Assembly (NCBI GenBank): GCA_964571855.1
Contig: CAZNDO010000017.1
Coordinates: 8,393-72,392, forward strand
DNA from: an uncultured Gemmatimonadota bacterium
GTDB lineage: Bacteria > ARS69
Direction: 5' to 3'
DNA: 64,000 nt
The number at the start of each line of letters is the position of its first letter. The first letter of the stretch is position 1. Below are positions 19,356 through 29,028 of the stretch, piece after piece. The notes beneath the pieces are model-generated. The model was not told the origin of the DNA. It did not search any database and saw nothing but the letters and a program-made list of their open reading frames with translations. A program made the position numbers and the translations under genes.

Positions 19356-19915
19356 GACCCCTCCCCGTCGTTCATCTCCGCGGCCAGCGTGACCAGGCCG
19401 CGCGTGACCAGCATGCGCGCCGCGTCCGGCGACGGGAGGCCCAGCGCCTCGGCGAGCTGCGCGTACGCGTAGCCCATCTCCAGGCGCAGGACCACCGCCT
19501 CGCGCTGCGCGGCGGTCAGCTTCTCCAGGGCGCGCTCGTAGCGCTCCAGCATCTCCGCGCGGATCACGCGCTCCAGGGGCGAGAGCTGCGGGGAGGCGTG
19601 CTCGTCGGACAGCGGCGCGGACTCGGGCTGCCGGCGCGTGCGGCGCACGTGGTCGCGGATCTGGTTCAGCACGGCGCGACGCAGGTAGACGAGCAGGGCG
19701 CCCTCGTGCCGGGACTCGAACGCCGGCAGGTGGCGCAGGGAGCGCACCAGCGTGTTCTGCACGAGGTCGTCCGTGTCCACGAGGTCGCGCGCGGCCGCGG
19801 GGAGGCGGCCGGTGGCCCAGCGCTGGAGCATGGGCACCATGCGCCGGAGCAGCCGCTCGCGCGCGGCGTCGTCGCCGTCGCGGATGAGTTCCAGCAGGCT
19901 GGCCGTGGACTCCAT
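19352..19915 (-). CDS. ECF-type sigma-70 family RNA polymerase sigma factor
   Basis: The protein starts MESTASLLELIRDGDDAARERLL. Region 2 reads DDLVQNTLVRSLRHLPAFE and region 4 reads AQREAVVLRLEMGYAYAQLAEALGLP. Its stop overlaps the kinase start. Confidence 0.8.
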   Translation of the reverse strand: MESTASLLELIRDGDDAARERLLRRMVPMLQRWATGRLPAAARDLVDTDDLVQNTLVRSLRHLPAFESRHEGALLVYLRRAVLNQIRDHVRRTRRQPESAPLSDEHASPQLSPLERVIRAEMLERYERALEKLTAAQREAVVLRLEMGYAYAQLAEALGLPSPDAARMLVTRGLVTLAAEMNDGEGS

Positions 19916-20049
19916 CCCGCTCCTCGCGTCCGGCCTGGACAGGGGACGACCGGTGTGCGGCGGCGACCCTGGGGGGCTGGCCGCCGGTGCAGCGTGGAGA
20001 TCCGGGACCGAGGGTAGCGCCCAAAGCCGGAGCGCCGCAACCATCCGCG

Positions 20050-21762
20050 ATGCCATGGGTTTCGTCCTCCCTGCCCGACCCAACGCCATCCGTCCGGGAA
20101 CCGAACGCCGCGGGGGACGTCCGGAGGGTGCACGTTGCGGCCCCGGAACATCCGGGGCACACTCGACGCCCTTGCGCCCGGTCCCCGGCGCCCGAGGAGC
20201 CCGTGAGCAGCCAGCCGTCCGACACCCGAGCCGAACGCGTCCGCCGTGCCCGCGCGAGCGACGTCACCAGTTCCGGCGTCCTCGGCGACGCCGCGGCCAG
20301 CCTGCGCCTGGCGTGCTTCGTCTGGATCGGGCTCTGGGGCTTCGGCCTCTTCATGAACCTCGTGGTGGGGCCGCTCATCTCCCCAGGACAGCCCATGGAC
20401 GACGCCTGGCCCTGGCCGGCGGCGCCCGTGGCCTTCGCCCTGATCGCGGTCTCCGCCGGCCTGGTGGCGCTCACGCGCGAGAGGAACCTCCCCTCCACCC
20501 AGCTCCTGGATCTGGCGCTCGGCTACGAGGTGCTGCTGGCGTTCGGGATCGGGCTCGTGAACCAGTGGACGCCGAACACGGTGGGGCTGTCCTGGATCTG
20601 CGTGATGATCCTGGTGCACCCGCTCATCGTGCCGGCCACCACGGGGCGCGCGTTCCTGGCCGGCGTGATCGCGGCGAGCATGGATCCCGTGGGGCTGGCC
20701 ATCACGGCGGCGCGCGGCGTGGAGGTGCCGCCGGTGTCCACCATCGTGTGGACGTACCTGCCGAACTACATCTGCGCGGTGCTGGCAGTGCTGCCGGCGC
20801 GCGTGCGCTACCGTCTGGAGCAGAGCCGCCAGGTGGAGAGGGAGCTCGGCAGCTACCGCCTGGGCGAACTCATCGGCAAGGGCGGCATGGGCGAGGTGTA
20901 CCGCGCGGAGCACCGCATGCTGGCGCGGCCGGCCGCGGTGAAGCTGGTGCGGCCGGAGCTGCTGGGCGCGTCGGACCTGTCGCGGCGGCAGCGACTGGCC
21001 GCGCGCTTCGAGCGCGAGGCGCAGGTGACCGCGAAGCTCCGCTCGCCGCACACCGTGAGCGTGTACGACTACGGCATCACGGACGACGGCACGTTCTACT
21101 ACGTGATGGAACTGCTGGAAGGCGTGACGCTGGAGACGCTGGTGCAGGAGTACGGCCCGGCGCCGGCGGCGCGCGCCGTGCACATCCTGGCGCAGGTCTG
21201 CGACTCGCTCGCCGAGGCGCACGAGGCGGGACTGGTGCACCGCGACATCAAGCCCGCGAACGTGTACCTGTGCCGGTACGGCCGGCGCGCGGACTTCGTG
21301 AAGGTGCTGGACTTCGGCCTGGCGAAGCCGATGGACCGCGACGACGACACCGCGAGCACGGCGGGCGCGTCCATCACGCAGGGCTTCGCGCTGGCCGGGA
21401 CCCCCGCGTTCATGGCGCCGGAGCAGGCCATGGGCGGCGAGATGGGTCCCTACACGGACATCTACGCCGTGGGCTGCGTGGCGTACTGGCTCCTGACCGG
21501 ACAGCTCGTGTTCGGCGGGCGCAGCGCCATGGAGATCATCGCGCACCATGCGAAGGACCGCGCGCCGGCGCCGTCGGCGGCCACCGAGCTGGAGGTGCCG
21601 GCGGCGCTGGATGACGTGATCATGCAGTGCCTGGAGAAGGACCCGGCGAAGCGCCCGCGCAGCGCGGAGGAGCTGGCCCGCTGCCTGCGGGCGGCGTGTC
21701 CGGAGGAGTGGGGCCGGGAGCGGGCGTGGCGGTGGTGGGAGCGGCACCGGCCGGAGGCTTGA
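20050..21762 (+). CDS. Ser/Thr protein kinase with a polytopic N-terminal membrane domain
   Basis: Five or six TM helices precede GKGGMGEVYRAEH, HRDIKPANVYL, DFGLAKP and GTPAFMAPE. It is divergent from the ECF sigma gene across 134 bp. Confidence 0.8.
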   Translation: MPWVSSSLPDPTPSVREPNAAGDVRRVHVAAPEHPGHTRRPCARSPAPEEPVSSQPSDTRAERVRRARASDVTSSGVLGDAAASLRLACFVWIGLWGFGLFMNLVVGPLISPGQPMDDAWPWPAAPVAFALIAVSAGLVALTRERNLPSTQLLDLALGYEVLLAFGIGLVNQWTPNTVGLSWICVMILVHPLIVPATTGRAFLAGVIAASMDPVGLAITAARGVEVPPVSTIVWTYLPNYICAVLAVLPARVRYRLEQSRQVERELGSYRLGELIGKGGMGEVYRAEHRMLARPAAVKLVRPELLGASDLSRRQRLAARFEREAQVTAKLRSPHTVSVYDYGITDDGTFYYVMELLEGVTLETLVQEYGPAPAARAVHILAQVCDSLAEAHEAGLVHRDIKPANVYLCRYGRRADFVKVLDFGLAKPMDRDDDTASTAGASITQGFALAGTPAFMAPEQAMGGEMGPYTDIYAVGCVAYWLLTGQLVFGGRSAMEIIAHHAKDRAPAPSAATELEVPAALDDVIMQCLEKDPAKRPRSAEELARCLRAACPEEWGRERAWRWWERHRPEA

Positions 21763-21780
21763 CACCCGACCGGCCGGTCG

Positions 21781-21812
21781 GCTACTTTGTCCACCAAGCG
21801 AACAAAGTCCGT
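21781..21812. promoter_or_regulatory. Inverted-repeat operator ACTTTGTCCAC-N3-GCGAACAAAGT, 10 bp upstream of the lipoprotein gene. It is site A of a motif that recurs three times.
   Basis: Read directly. The same half-site GCGAACAAAGT / ACTTTGTTCGC recurs at 34581-34603 and 39101-39129. Confidence 0.45.
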
Positions 21813-21821
21813 TCCGGAGGA

Positions 21822-23180
21822 ATGCCCATGATGCCGAGCGGCCGATCGGGCTGGGCCGTGGCGGCGGCCCTGGCCGCCTTCGGGGCGACCGGCTGCGAGC
21901 GCGACACCGGCGGCCTGGGCCCGGCCCCCGTGGACACCGACCCCGCGGTCTTCCTCGACGACTTCGCGGACGGCGTCATCTTCCAGCCGTTCCTCGACAC
22001 GAAGGTGGACGTGGCCGCCCGCGATCTCGAGCAGCGGCAGCGCGGCACGGCTTCCCTTCGGATCACCGTCCCCGGTCCGGGAGACGACACCGGACTCTAC
22101 GCCGGAGGCGCCTTCACCGCGGAGCAGGAGCGCGATCTCACGTCCTACAACGCGCTCACCTTCTGGGCGAAGGGCAGCCGGACGGCCACCCTGGACGTGG
22201 CCGGGCTGGGGAACGACAACACGGGCACATCCCGCTACACGGCCACCCGCTCCGCCATCCCCTTGACCACGGAGTGGACGAAGATCGTCCTCCCCGTCCC
22301 GCTGCCGGATCGGCACGGGCTGGAGCGCGGGCTGTTCTTTTTCGCCGAGGGGTTCGAGCAGGACCAGGGCTACACGCTGTGGTTCGACGAGGTGCAGTTC
22401 GAGAACCTCGCCGCGGTGACGAACCCGCGGCCCACGCTCCTCCCCGCCACGCGCTCCGTGTTCGTGGGCCAGACGGTGGCCATGCAGGACACGCGCACGA
22501 CGTTCGCCGTGGACGGCTCCGACGTGACCGTGTTCCACACGCCCTCCTACTTCACGTTCCTCTCGTCGGACGAGAGCGTGGCGCAGGTCGTGGGCGACGA
22601 GGTGCGCATCGTGGGCGGGGGAACCGCCATCATCACCGCGCGGCTCGGTGACGTCGTCGCGGGCGGCCGCGTGACGCTGAACTCCTCCGCGCCGCCGCCG
22701 GACACCGCGCCCACGCCCGCCGTCCCCGCCGCCGACGTGATCTCGCTGTTCAGCAACGCGTACGTCGATCGCCCGGTGGACACGTGGTCCACGTCCTGGG
22801 ACACGGCCGACGTCACCGATCTCTCGATCGCGGGCGACGACCTCAAGGCCTACACGGGGCTCGGGTTCGCCGGCATCGAGTTCGCCACGCCCACGATCGA
22901 CGCGTCGGCGATGACCCACTTCCACGTGGACGTCTGGGCGCCGGACGGCTTCTTCATCAAGCTCAAGCTCGTGGACTTCGGCGCGGACGGCCGCTTCGGG
23001 GGCGGCAACGACACGGAGTCCGCGGAGATCGGTTTCCTGATTGCCAACGGGGAGTGGGTCGGGTTCGATATCCCCCTGAGCAGCTTCACCGGTCTCGGGG
23101 CGCGGGCGCACCTCGCGCAGTGGATCCTGCTGGGGAACCCGAGCGTCCTGTACGTGGACAACGTCTACTTCCACAGGTGA
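21822..23180 (+). CDS. Surface lipoprotein with two beta-sandwich (CBM-like) modules flanking a Big_2 domain. It is a putative glycan-binding protein.
   Basis: GGAGG lies upstream of the ATG. The protein starts MPMMPSGRSGWAVAAALAAFGATGC, with the lipobox Cys. The Big_2-like segment is SSDESVAQVVGDEVRIVGGGTAIITARLGDVVAG. Confidence 0.65.
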   Translation: MPMMPSGRSGWAVAAALAAFGATGCERDTGGLGPAPVDTDPAVFLDDFADGVIFQPFLDTKVDVAARDLEQRQRGTASLRITVPGPGDDTGLYAGGAFTAEQERDLTSYNALTFWAKGSRTATLDVAGLGNDNTGTSRYTATRSAIPLTTEWTKIVLPVPLPDRHGLERGLFFFAEGFEQDQGYTLWFDEVQFENLAAVTNPRPTLLPATRSVFVGQTVAMQDTRTTFAVDGSDVTVFHTPSYFTFLSSDESVAQVVGDEVRIVGGGTAIITARLGDVVAGGRVTLNSSAPPPDTAPTPAVPAADVISLFSNAYVDRPVDTWSTSWDTADVTDLSIAGDDLKAYTGLGFAGIEFATPTIDASAMTHFHVDVWAPDGFFIKLKLVDFGADGRFGGGNDTESAEIGFLIANGEWVGFDIPLSSFTGLGARAHLAQWILLGNPSVLYVDNVYFHR

Positions 23181-23196
23181 TTCGGCGAAAGGCACG

Positions 23197-24447
23197 ATGC
23201 CCCGACGCGTACCGCCCCGTCCGAAACGTGCGCCCGGGTCCGGCCGACCTCGTCCCCTCGCGGATTCCGTCCTCCGGCTGATCTGGGAGAGGCGGCGGAT
23301 CTCGCGGGCCGACATCGCGCGCGAGGCCGTGCTCTCCCGTTCCACCGTGTCCGACATCGTGGGCGGCCTGCTCCCCGGCGGTCTCGTGGCGGAGGTCGGC
23401 GCGGGGGCGTCCCGCGGCGGCCGGCGCCCGATCGTCCTGGAGTTCCAGGACGACCACTGCGCCATCCTCGGCATCGAGATGGGCGCGGCCCACGTCGCGG
23501 TGGCGCTGACCGACCTGCGCGGGAGGATCCTCGCATGGTCGGAACGCCGCCATCCCGTCCGCTCCGACCCGAAGGGAACGCGCGCCCTGCTCGCGGAGCT
23601 GTGCGACGAGTGCCTGGAGGCCGGCGGGTGCGAGCGGCAGCGGCTGCTCGGGATCGGCGTGGCCGTCCCGAGCCCGGTGCACCCGTCGCACCCCGAGCGG
23701 CTCTCCGAGGTCGTGCTCCCCGCCTGGAAGGGACAGAGCCGGCTGGAGTCGCTGCGGGACCGCTACGGCGTCCCGCTCCTCGTCGACAACGACGCCAACC
23801 TCGGCGCGCTCGCGGAGCAGTGGTGGGGCGCGGGGCGCGGCGTGTCGGACTTCGCGTACATCAAGATCGCCACCGGCCTCGGCTCCGGGCACGTGATCGA
23901 CGGGCGCGTGTACCGCGGCGCCACCGGCGTCGCCGGGGAGATCGGGCACGTGGCCATCGATCCGCACGGCGCCCCGTGCGTGTGCGGGTTGCGGGGCTGC
24001 CTCGCCACGCTCGTCGGCGCCGCCGCGCTGGAGGCCCGGGCGCGCACCCTCCTCGTGCAGTACCCGGACAGCCGGCTCCTGGCCGGCTCGATCAACGTGG
24101 ACGCGATCGAGGACGCCGCACTCACCGGGGATCCGCTCGCCCTGCACGTGGTCCGGGAGGCGGCCGAGCACCTCGGCATCGCCATCGCGGGCATGCTGAA
24201 CCTCATGAACCCCAGCCTCGTGATCCTCGGCGGCGGGCTCTCGCGCGTGCGGGAACTCCTGCTCGCGCCGGTCCGCGAGACCACGCGCCGCCGCACGCTC
24301 GTCAGCTCGCTCGCGGCCTCGCAGATCCGGATCAGCGAGCTCGGCACGCGCGCGATCGCGCTGGGCGCGGCCACGCTGGTCCTGGACGCCGCTCTCGCGG
24401 ACCCGCGGCTGTTCCCCGATCCGGGCCGCCGGACCGGGACGCGATGA
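23197..24447 (+). CDS. ROK-family transcriptional regulator (HTH plus sugar-kinase-like domain)
   Basis: The N-terminal winged HTH is RRRISRADIAREAVLSRSTVSDIVGGLL. The ROK zinc motif is GHVAIDPHGAPCVCGLRGCLA. Confidence 0.85.
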   Translation: MPRRVPPRPKRAPGSGRPRPLADSVLRLIWERRRISRADIAREAVLSRSTVSDIVGGLLPGGLVAEVGAGASRGGRRPIVLEFQDDHCAILGIEMGAAHVAVALTDLRGRILAWSERRHPVRSDPKGTRALLAELCDECLEAGGCERQRLLGIGVAVPSPVHPSHPERLSEVVLPAWKGQSRLESLRDRYGVPLLVDNDANLGALAEQWWGAGRGVSDFAYIKIATGLGSGHVIDGRVYRGATGVAGEIGHVAIDPHGAPCVCGLRGCLATLVGAAALEARARTLLVQYPDSRLLAGSINVDAIEDAALTGDPLALHVVREAAEHLGIAIAGMLNLMNPSLVILGGGLSRVRELLLAPVRETTRRRTLVSSLAASQIRISELGTRAIALGAATLVLDAALADPRLFPDPGRRTGTR

Positions 24448-26120
24448 TGCGGCCGGCCTCGCCCGGCCGGGCCGCGGCCGTCGCGCGGGCGTGCGCGCTG
24501 GCGCTCGGGGTCGCCGGCTGCTCCCCCGAGCGGACGCCGCCGCCGCCCGGGATCCTGGTGGTGTCGCAGGAGCAGGCGGCCGCCTGGTCGCGGAACTTCA
24601 ACCCGCTCACCACCGCCGCCGCGCCGCGCTGGCCCACGATGGCGGGCGTGTACGAGCCCCTCTTCGTGTTCAACAGCGTACAGGCCGAGCAGGTGCCGTG
24701 GCTGGGCGTGGCCGCGGAGTGGGCCGAAGGGAACCGCGTCCTGAGGATCGCCACGCGCCGGGGCGTGCAGTGGTCGGACGGCGCGCCGTTCACGGCCCAC
24801 GATGTGGCGTACACGTTCGATCTCCTGCGCCGCCGGCCCGCGCTGGACCGGCGCGGCGTCTGGTCGTTCCTGGAGGACGTGACGGCGCCGTCCGACACGA
24901 CCGTGTCGTTCCGGTTCAAGCGGGTGTTCGTCCCGGGATTCGGCGAGGTGGCCGCGCAGCCCATCGTGCCGCGTCACGTCTGGGAGAAGGTGGAGGATCC
25001 CGTGACGTTCGCGAACGAGTCCCCGGTCGGCACGGGCCCGTTCACCGAGGTGCGCGTCTTCCGGCCGCAGGTGTACGAACTCGGACGGAATCCGCACTAC
25101 TGGCAGGCGGGCCGCCCCCTCGTGGAGGCGCTGCGCTTCCCCGCGTACCCGGCGAACGACCGCGCGAACCTGGGGCTGGTGTTCGACGAGGTGGACTGGG
25201 CCGGGAACTTCATCCCCGCGATCGACCGCGTGTTCGTGGAGCGCGACCCGGAGCACCACCGCTACTGGTTCCCGCTCACGGGGAGCACCGTGTTCCTGTA
25301 CGCGAACACCACGCGCCCCCCGTTAGACGACGTGCGCGTGCGCGAGGCGCTGAGCCGCGGCATCGACCGGGAACTGCTCGTGGACGTGGCCCTGCACCGG
25401 TACTCCCGCCCCGCCGACGCCACCGGGCTGAGCGACGCGTACGCCGCGTGGCGCCGGGACGACATCGCGGCCGCCGCGACGTGGACCGTCCACGATCCCG
25501 GTGCGGCCGCGGCGCTCCTGGACAGCGCGGGCTTCGCGCGCGGGCCCGACGGGATCCGCCGCGACCGGGACGGCCGCGCCTGGAAGTACGAGATCCTCAC
25601 CGTCTCCGGATGGTCGGACTGGGTGCGCGCGGCGCAGGTCATCGCCCGCGGGTTCCGCGAGCTCGGCATCGACGCATCCGTGCGCACGTACGACTTCGGG
25701 GCCTGGTTCCAGGCGGTGCAGGAGGGCCAGTTCGACCTCACGATCGGCTGGTCCAACGAGGGCCCCACGCCGTACGTCTTCTACCGCTGCCTCATGTCCG
25801 CCGGCACGGTGAAGCCCGTCGGGGAGACCGCCGGCGCGAACTGGCACCGGTACGCGAGCGTCGCGGCGGACTCCGTGCTCGCCGCGTTCGAGCGCGAGGT
25901 GGACGTCGCGCGCCAGCACGAGCTCGCCGCCGAGCTGCAGCGCACGTTCGCCCGGGAGATCCCGGCGATCCCGCTGTATCCGAACCCGTCGTGGGCGGAG
26001 TACAACACGCGCCGCTTCGAGGGCTTCCCCTCGGCGGCGGATCCGTACGCGGACCCGTCCCCGAACAAGTTCGACCGCGGCGAGATCCTCCTCGTCCTCA
26101 CATCGCTGCGGCCGCGGTAG
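24444..26120 (+). CDS. ABC transporter substrate-binding lipoprotein (family 5, Opp/Dpp-like, here oligosaccharide-associated)
   Basis: ATGATG overlaps the ROK stop. The protein starts MMRPASPGRAAAVARACALALGVAGCS and has an SBP_bac_5 profile. Confidence 0.8.
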   Translation: MMRPASPGRAAAVARACALALGVAGCSPERTPPPPGILVVSQEQAAAWSRNFNPLTTAAAPRWPTMAGVYEPLFVFNSVQAEQVPWLGVAAEWAEGNRVLRIATRRGVQWSDGAPFTAHDVAYTFDLLRRRPALDRRGVWSFLEDVTAPSDTTVSFRFKRVFVPGFGEVAAQPIVPRHVWEKVEDPVTFANESPVGTGPFTEVRVFRPQVYELGRNPHYWQAGRPLVEALRFPAYPANDRANLGLVFDEVDWAGNFIPAIDRVFVERDPEHHRYWFPLTGSTVFLYANTTRPPLDDVRVREALSRGIDRELLVDVALHRYSRPADATGLSDAYAAWRRDDIAAAATWTVHDPGAAAALLDSAGFARGPDGIRRDRDGRAWKYEILTVSGWSDWVRAAQVIARGFRELGIDASVRTYDFGAWFQAVQEGQFDLTIGWSNEGPTPYVFYRCLMSAGTVKPVGETAGANWHRYASVAADSVLAAFEREVDVARQHELAAELQRTFAREIPAIPLYPNPSWAEYNTRRFEGFPSAADPYADPSPNKFDRGEILLVLTSLRPR

Positions 26121-26130
26121 GGGGAACCGG

Positions 26131-27114
26131 ATGCGCCATCTCCTCCAGAGGCTGGGCTTCTACCTGATCGCGGGCTGGACCGCCGTCACGCTCAACTTCT
26201 TCCTCCCGCGGCTCATGCCGGGCGACCCTGCCACGGCGCTCTTCGCCCGGTTCCGCGGCCGGCTGGGTCCCGAGGCCCTCGACGCGCTGCGCGAGACGTT
26301 CGGCCTCACCGACGCCCCGCTCCTGTCGCAGTACCTGACGTACCTGGCGCACATCCTGCGGGGCGACCTCGGCATCTCGGTCGCGTACTTCCCGGCGCCG
26401 GTGGCCTCGGTGCTCGGCACGGGGCTGCTCTGGACGGCGTTCCTCGCGGGGTCGGCGCTGCTCATCAGCTTCGCGCTGGGCACCGTCCTCGGCATCGTGG
26501 CCGCCTGGTGGCGACGCGGCTGGGTGGACACGTGGCTGCCGTCCGCGCTCGTGTTCGTGGGAGCGTTCCCCTACTTCTGGCTGGCCATGGTCGCCCTCTA
26601 CGTCCTGGGGTTCACGGCCGGCCTCTTCCCGCTGGGGCACGCGTACGGGGAGGAGTCCGTGCCCGCGTTCACGGCGGCGTTCGCGCTCGACGTGCTGCGG
26701 CACGCCGCGCTCCCCGTGGGCACGGTGGTCGTGGCCACGCTGGGCGGATGGCTCCTCACCATGCGGAACACCATGGTCACCGTGCTCGGCTCGGATTACG
26801 TGAACCTGGCCCGGGCGAAGGGGCTGCCCACGTCCCGCGTGGTCCTCCGCTATGCCGCGCGCAACGCGCTGCTGCCCAGCGTCACGGGGTTCGGCATGGC
26901 GCTGGGGTTCGTCCTCGGCGGATCGCTGCTCACGGAGATCGTGTTCTCCTACCCGGGCCAGGGCTACCTGCTGGTCCAGGCCGTGCGCAACCAGGACTAC
27001 CCGCTGATGCAGGGCATCTTCCTCGTCATCACGCTGGCCGTGCTGGGCGCCAACTTCCTCGTGGATCTGGTGTACCTGCGGCTGGATCCGCGCACGCGGG
27101 AGTCCGGGTCGTGA
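26131..27114 (+). CDS. ABC transporter permease (DppB/OppB-like)
   Basis: Six TM segments and a BPD_transp_1 profile. Confidence 0.8.
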   Translation: MRHLLQRLGFYLIAGWTAVTLNFFLPRLMPGDPATALFARFRGRLGPEALDALRETFGLTDAPLLSQYLTYLAHILRGDLGISVAYFPAPVASVLGTGLLWTAFLAGSALLISFALGTVLGIVAAWWRRGWVDTWLPSALVFVGAFPYFWLAMVALYVLGFTAGLFPLGHAYGEESVPAFTAAFALDVLRHAALPVGTVVVATLGGWLLTMRNTMVTVLGSDYVNLARAKGLPTSRVVLRYAARNALLPSVTGFGMALGFVLGGSLLTEIVFSYPGQGYLLVQAVRNQDYPLMQGIFLVITLAVLGANFLVDLVYLRLDPRTRESGS

Positions 27115-28052
27115 GCGCCGCCGCCGAGATCCGCGGCGCGGGCCTGGCCGCGTGGGGGCGGGCCATCCGCCGCGATCGCAAGGCCACGATCGGCGCGGCC
27201 ATCCTCGCCGTGTTCCTCGCGCTGGCCGTCGCCGGGCCGTGGTTCGTGGGCGATCCGGACGCGCTGGTCGGCGTGCCGCTGCAGCCCCCGTCCGCCGCGC
27301 ACTGGCTCGGCACCACCGGCCAGGGGCAGGACGTCCTCGCCCAGCTCGTGGTGGGCACGCGCACCTCCCTGGCCATCGGGTTCGGCGTGGGCCTCGCCGT
27401 GGTTCTCATCGGGGCGCTGATCGGGGTCGCCGCCGGCTACTTCGGCGGGCGCGTGGACGCCGTGCTGTCCCTGCTGTTCAACGTGTTCCTCGTCCTGCCC
27501 GGATTGCCGCTGGCCATCGTGATCGCCGCGTACCTCCCGTCCGGGCCGCTCACGCTCGCGCTGGTGCTCGTGGTGACGGGCTGGGCGTGGAACGCGCGCG
27601 TGCTCCGCGCGCAGACGCTGGCGGTGCGCCGCCGCGACTTCGTGGCCGCGGCCGTGGTGTCCGGGGAGTCCCACGTCCGCATCGTGACGCGCGAGATCCT
27701 CCCCACGCTCACGTCGCTCCTCGTGTCCCAGGTGATCGGCAGCACGGTGTACGCCATCGGCGCGCAGGTGGGCCTGGAGTTCCTCGGGCTCGGCGACGTC
27801 GCGGCCGTCACCTGGGGCACGAACCTGTACTGGGCGCAGAACGACTCCGCGCTCCTCACGCGCGCGTGGTGGACGTTCGCTCCCACCGGCGCCTGCGTGG
27901 CGCTCGTGGGGTTCGGGCTCACGCTCCTGAACTCCGGCTTCGACGAGATCTCCAACCCCCGGCTGCAGCTGGAGCGCGCATGGCGCGAGCACCTCGGGCG
28001 ACACGGCACGTCGCCGGGGCGCTCCACGCCGGTGGTGAGCCGCCATGCCTGA
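27111..28052 (+). CDS. ABC transporter permease (DppC/OppC-like)
   Basis: The GTG start overlaps the upstream stop (GTGA). The protein has a polytopic permease profile. Confidence 0.75.
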   Translation: MSAAAEIRGAGLAAWGRAIRRDRKATIGAAILAVFLALAVAGPWFVGDPDALVGVPLQPPSAAHWLGTTGQGQDVLAQLVVGTRTSLAIGFGVGLAVVLIGALIGVAAGYFGGRVDAVLSLLFNVFLVLPGLPLAIVIAAYLPSGPLTLALVLVVTGWAWNARVLRAQTLAVRRRDFVAAAVVSGESHVRIVTREILPTLTSLLVSQVIGSTVYAIGAQVGLEFLGLGDVAAVTWGTNLYWAQNDSALLTRAWWTFAPTGACVALVGFGLTLLNSGFDEISNPRLQLERAWREHLGRHGTSPGRSTPVVSRHA

Positions 28053-29028
28053 GCCCCTGCTCTCCATCCGCGACCTCTCCGTGGACTACGTCACGGACCG
28101 CGGTCCCGTGCGCGCCCTCGACGGCGTGTCGCTGACCGTGGCGCGCGGCGAGACGCTGGGCATCGCCGGCGAGTCGGGCAGCGGCAAGTCCACGCTGGCG
28201 CAGGCGCTGCTGCGGATCCTCCCGCCGCCCGCCGTCATCTCCTCCGGCGAGGTGCGGTTCGAGGGCGTGGACATCCTGACCATGGACGAGGCGGGCCTGC
28301 GCGCCCTGCGCTGGCGGCGGATCGCCATGGTGTTCCAGAGCGCGATGGACTCGCTGAACCCCGTGATCCCGGTCGGCGAGCAGATCGTGGACACGCTCCG
28401 CGCGCACGGCGCCGCCGACCCGCGCGAGGCGACGCGGCGCGCGGCCGAGCTGCTGGGGATGGTGGACATCGCGGCCGACCGCCTGCGCGCCTATCCGCAT
28501 CAGCTGTCGGGCGGCATGCGGCAGCGCGTGGGCATCGCCCTCGCGCTCGCGCTGGACCCGGCGCTGCTCATCCTGGACGAGCCCACCACGGCGCTCGACG
28601 TCATCGTGGAGCGGGACATCCTGGATCGCATCCGGGACCTGCAGGGCCGGCTGGGGTTCGCCGTGCTCTTCATCACGCACGATCTCGCGCGCATGCTGCA
28701 GGTGTCCGACCGCGTCGCCGTCTTCTACGCGGCCCGCCTCGCGGAGATCGGTCCGGTGGAGTCGCTGCGGCGGACGCCGCGCCACCCGTACACGGAGGGA
28801 CTGCTGCGCGCCTTCCCGTCCGTGCACGGGGACTCGTCCCCGGACAGCATCCCCGGCGCGCCGCCGAGCCTCATGTCACCGCCCGCGGGATGCCGCTTCC
28901 ACCCGCGCTGTCCGCGCGTGGTGGACCGCTGCCGCACGGACACTCCCCGCGCCGTGACCTCCGCCGGCGGGCACGTGGCCTGGTGCCACCTCGCGGACGT
29001 CCCGCCTCACAGCGAGAAGTGCAGGTAG
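28045..29028 (+). CDS. ABC transporter ATP-binding protein (DppD/OppD-like)
   Basis: Walker A GESGSGKST, signature LSGGMRQRV and Walker B LLILDEPTTALD. The C-terminal oligopeptide-type CxxC region is present. Confidence 0.85.
   Translation: MPEPLLSIRDLSVDYVTDRGPVRALDGVSLTVARGETLGIAGESGSGKSTLAQALLRILPPPAVISSGEVRFEGVDILTMDEAGLRALRWRRIAMVFQSAMDSLNPVIPVGEQIVDTLRAHGAADPREATRRAAELLGMVDIAADRLRAYPHQLSGGMRQRVGIALALALDPALLILDEPTTALDVIVERDILDRIRDLQGRLGFAVLFITHDLARMLQVSDRVAVFYAARLAEIGPVESLRRTPRHPYTEGLLRAFPSVHGDSSPDSIPGAPPSLMSPPAGCRFHPRCPRVVDRCRTDTPRAVTSAGGHVAWCHLADVPPHSEKCR

Noticed and set aside
13796-19472. Very long plus-strand ORFs (13796..17068, 14463..19472, 14839..16185) rich in R/P/G/A
   Set aside because: These are antisense shadow ORFs opposite the CHAT, kinase and S8 genes. 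Their composition is low-complexity and no protein motifs are present, which is typical of frames without stops in 70 % GC DNA.
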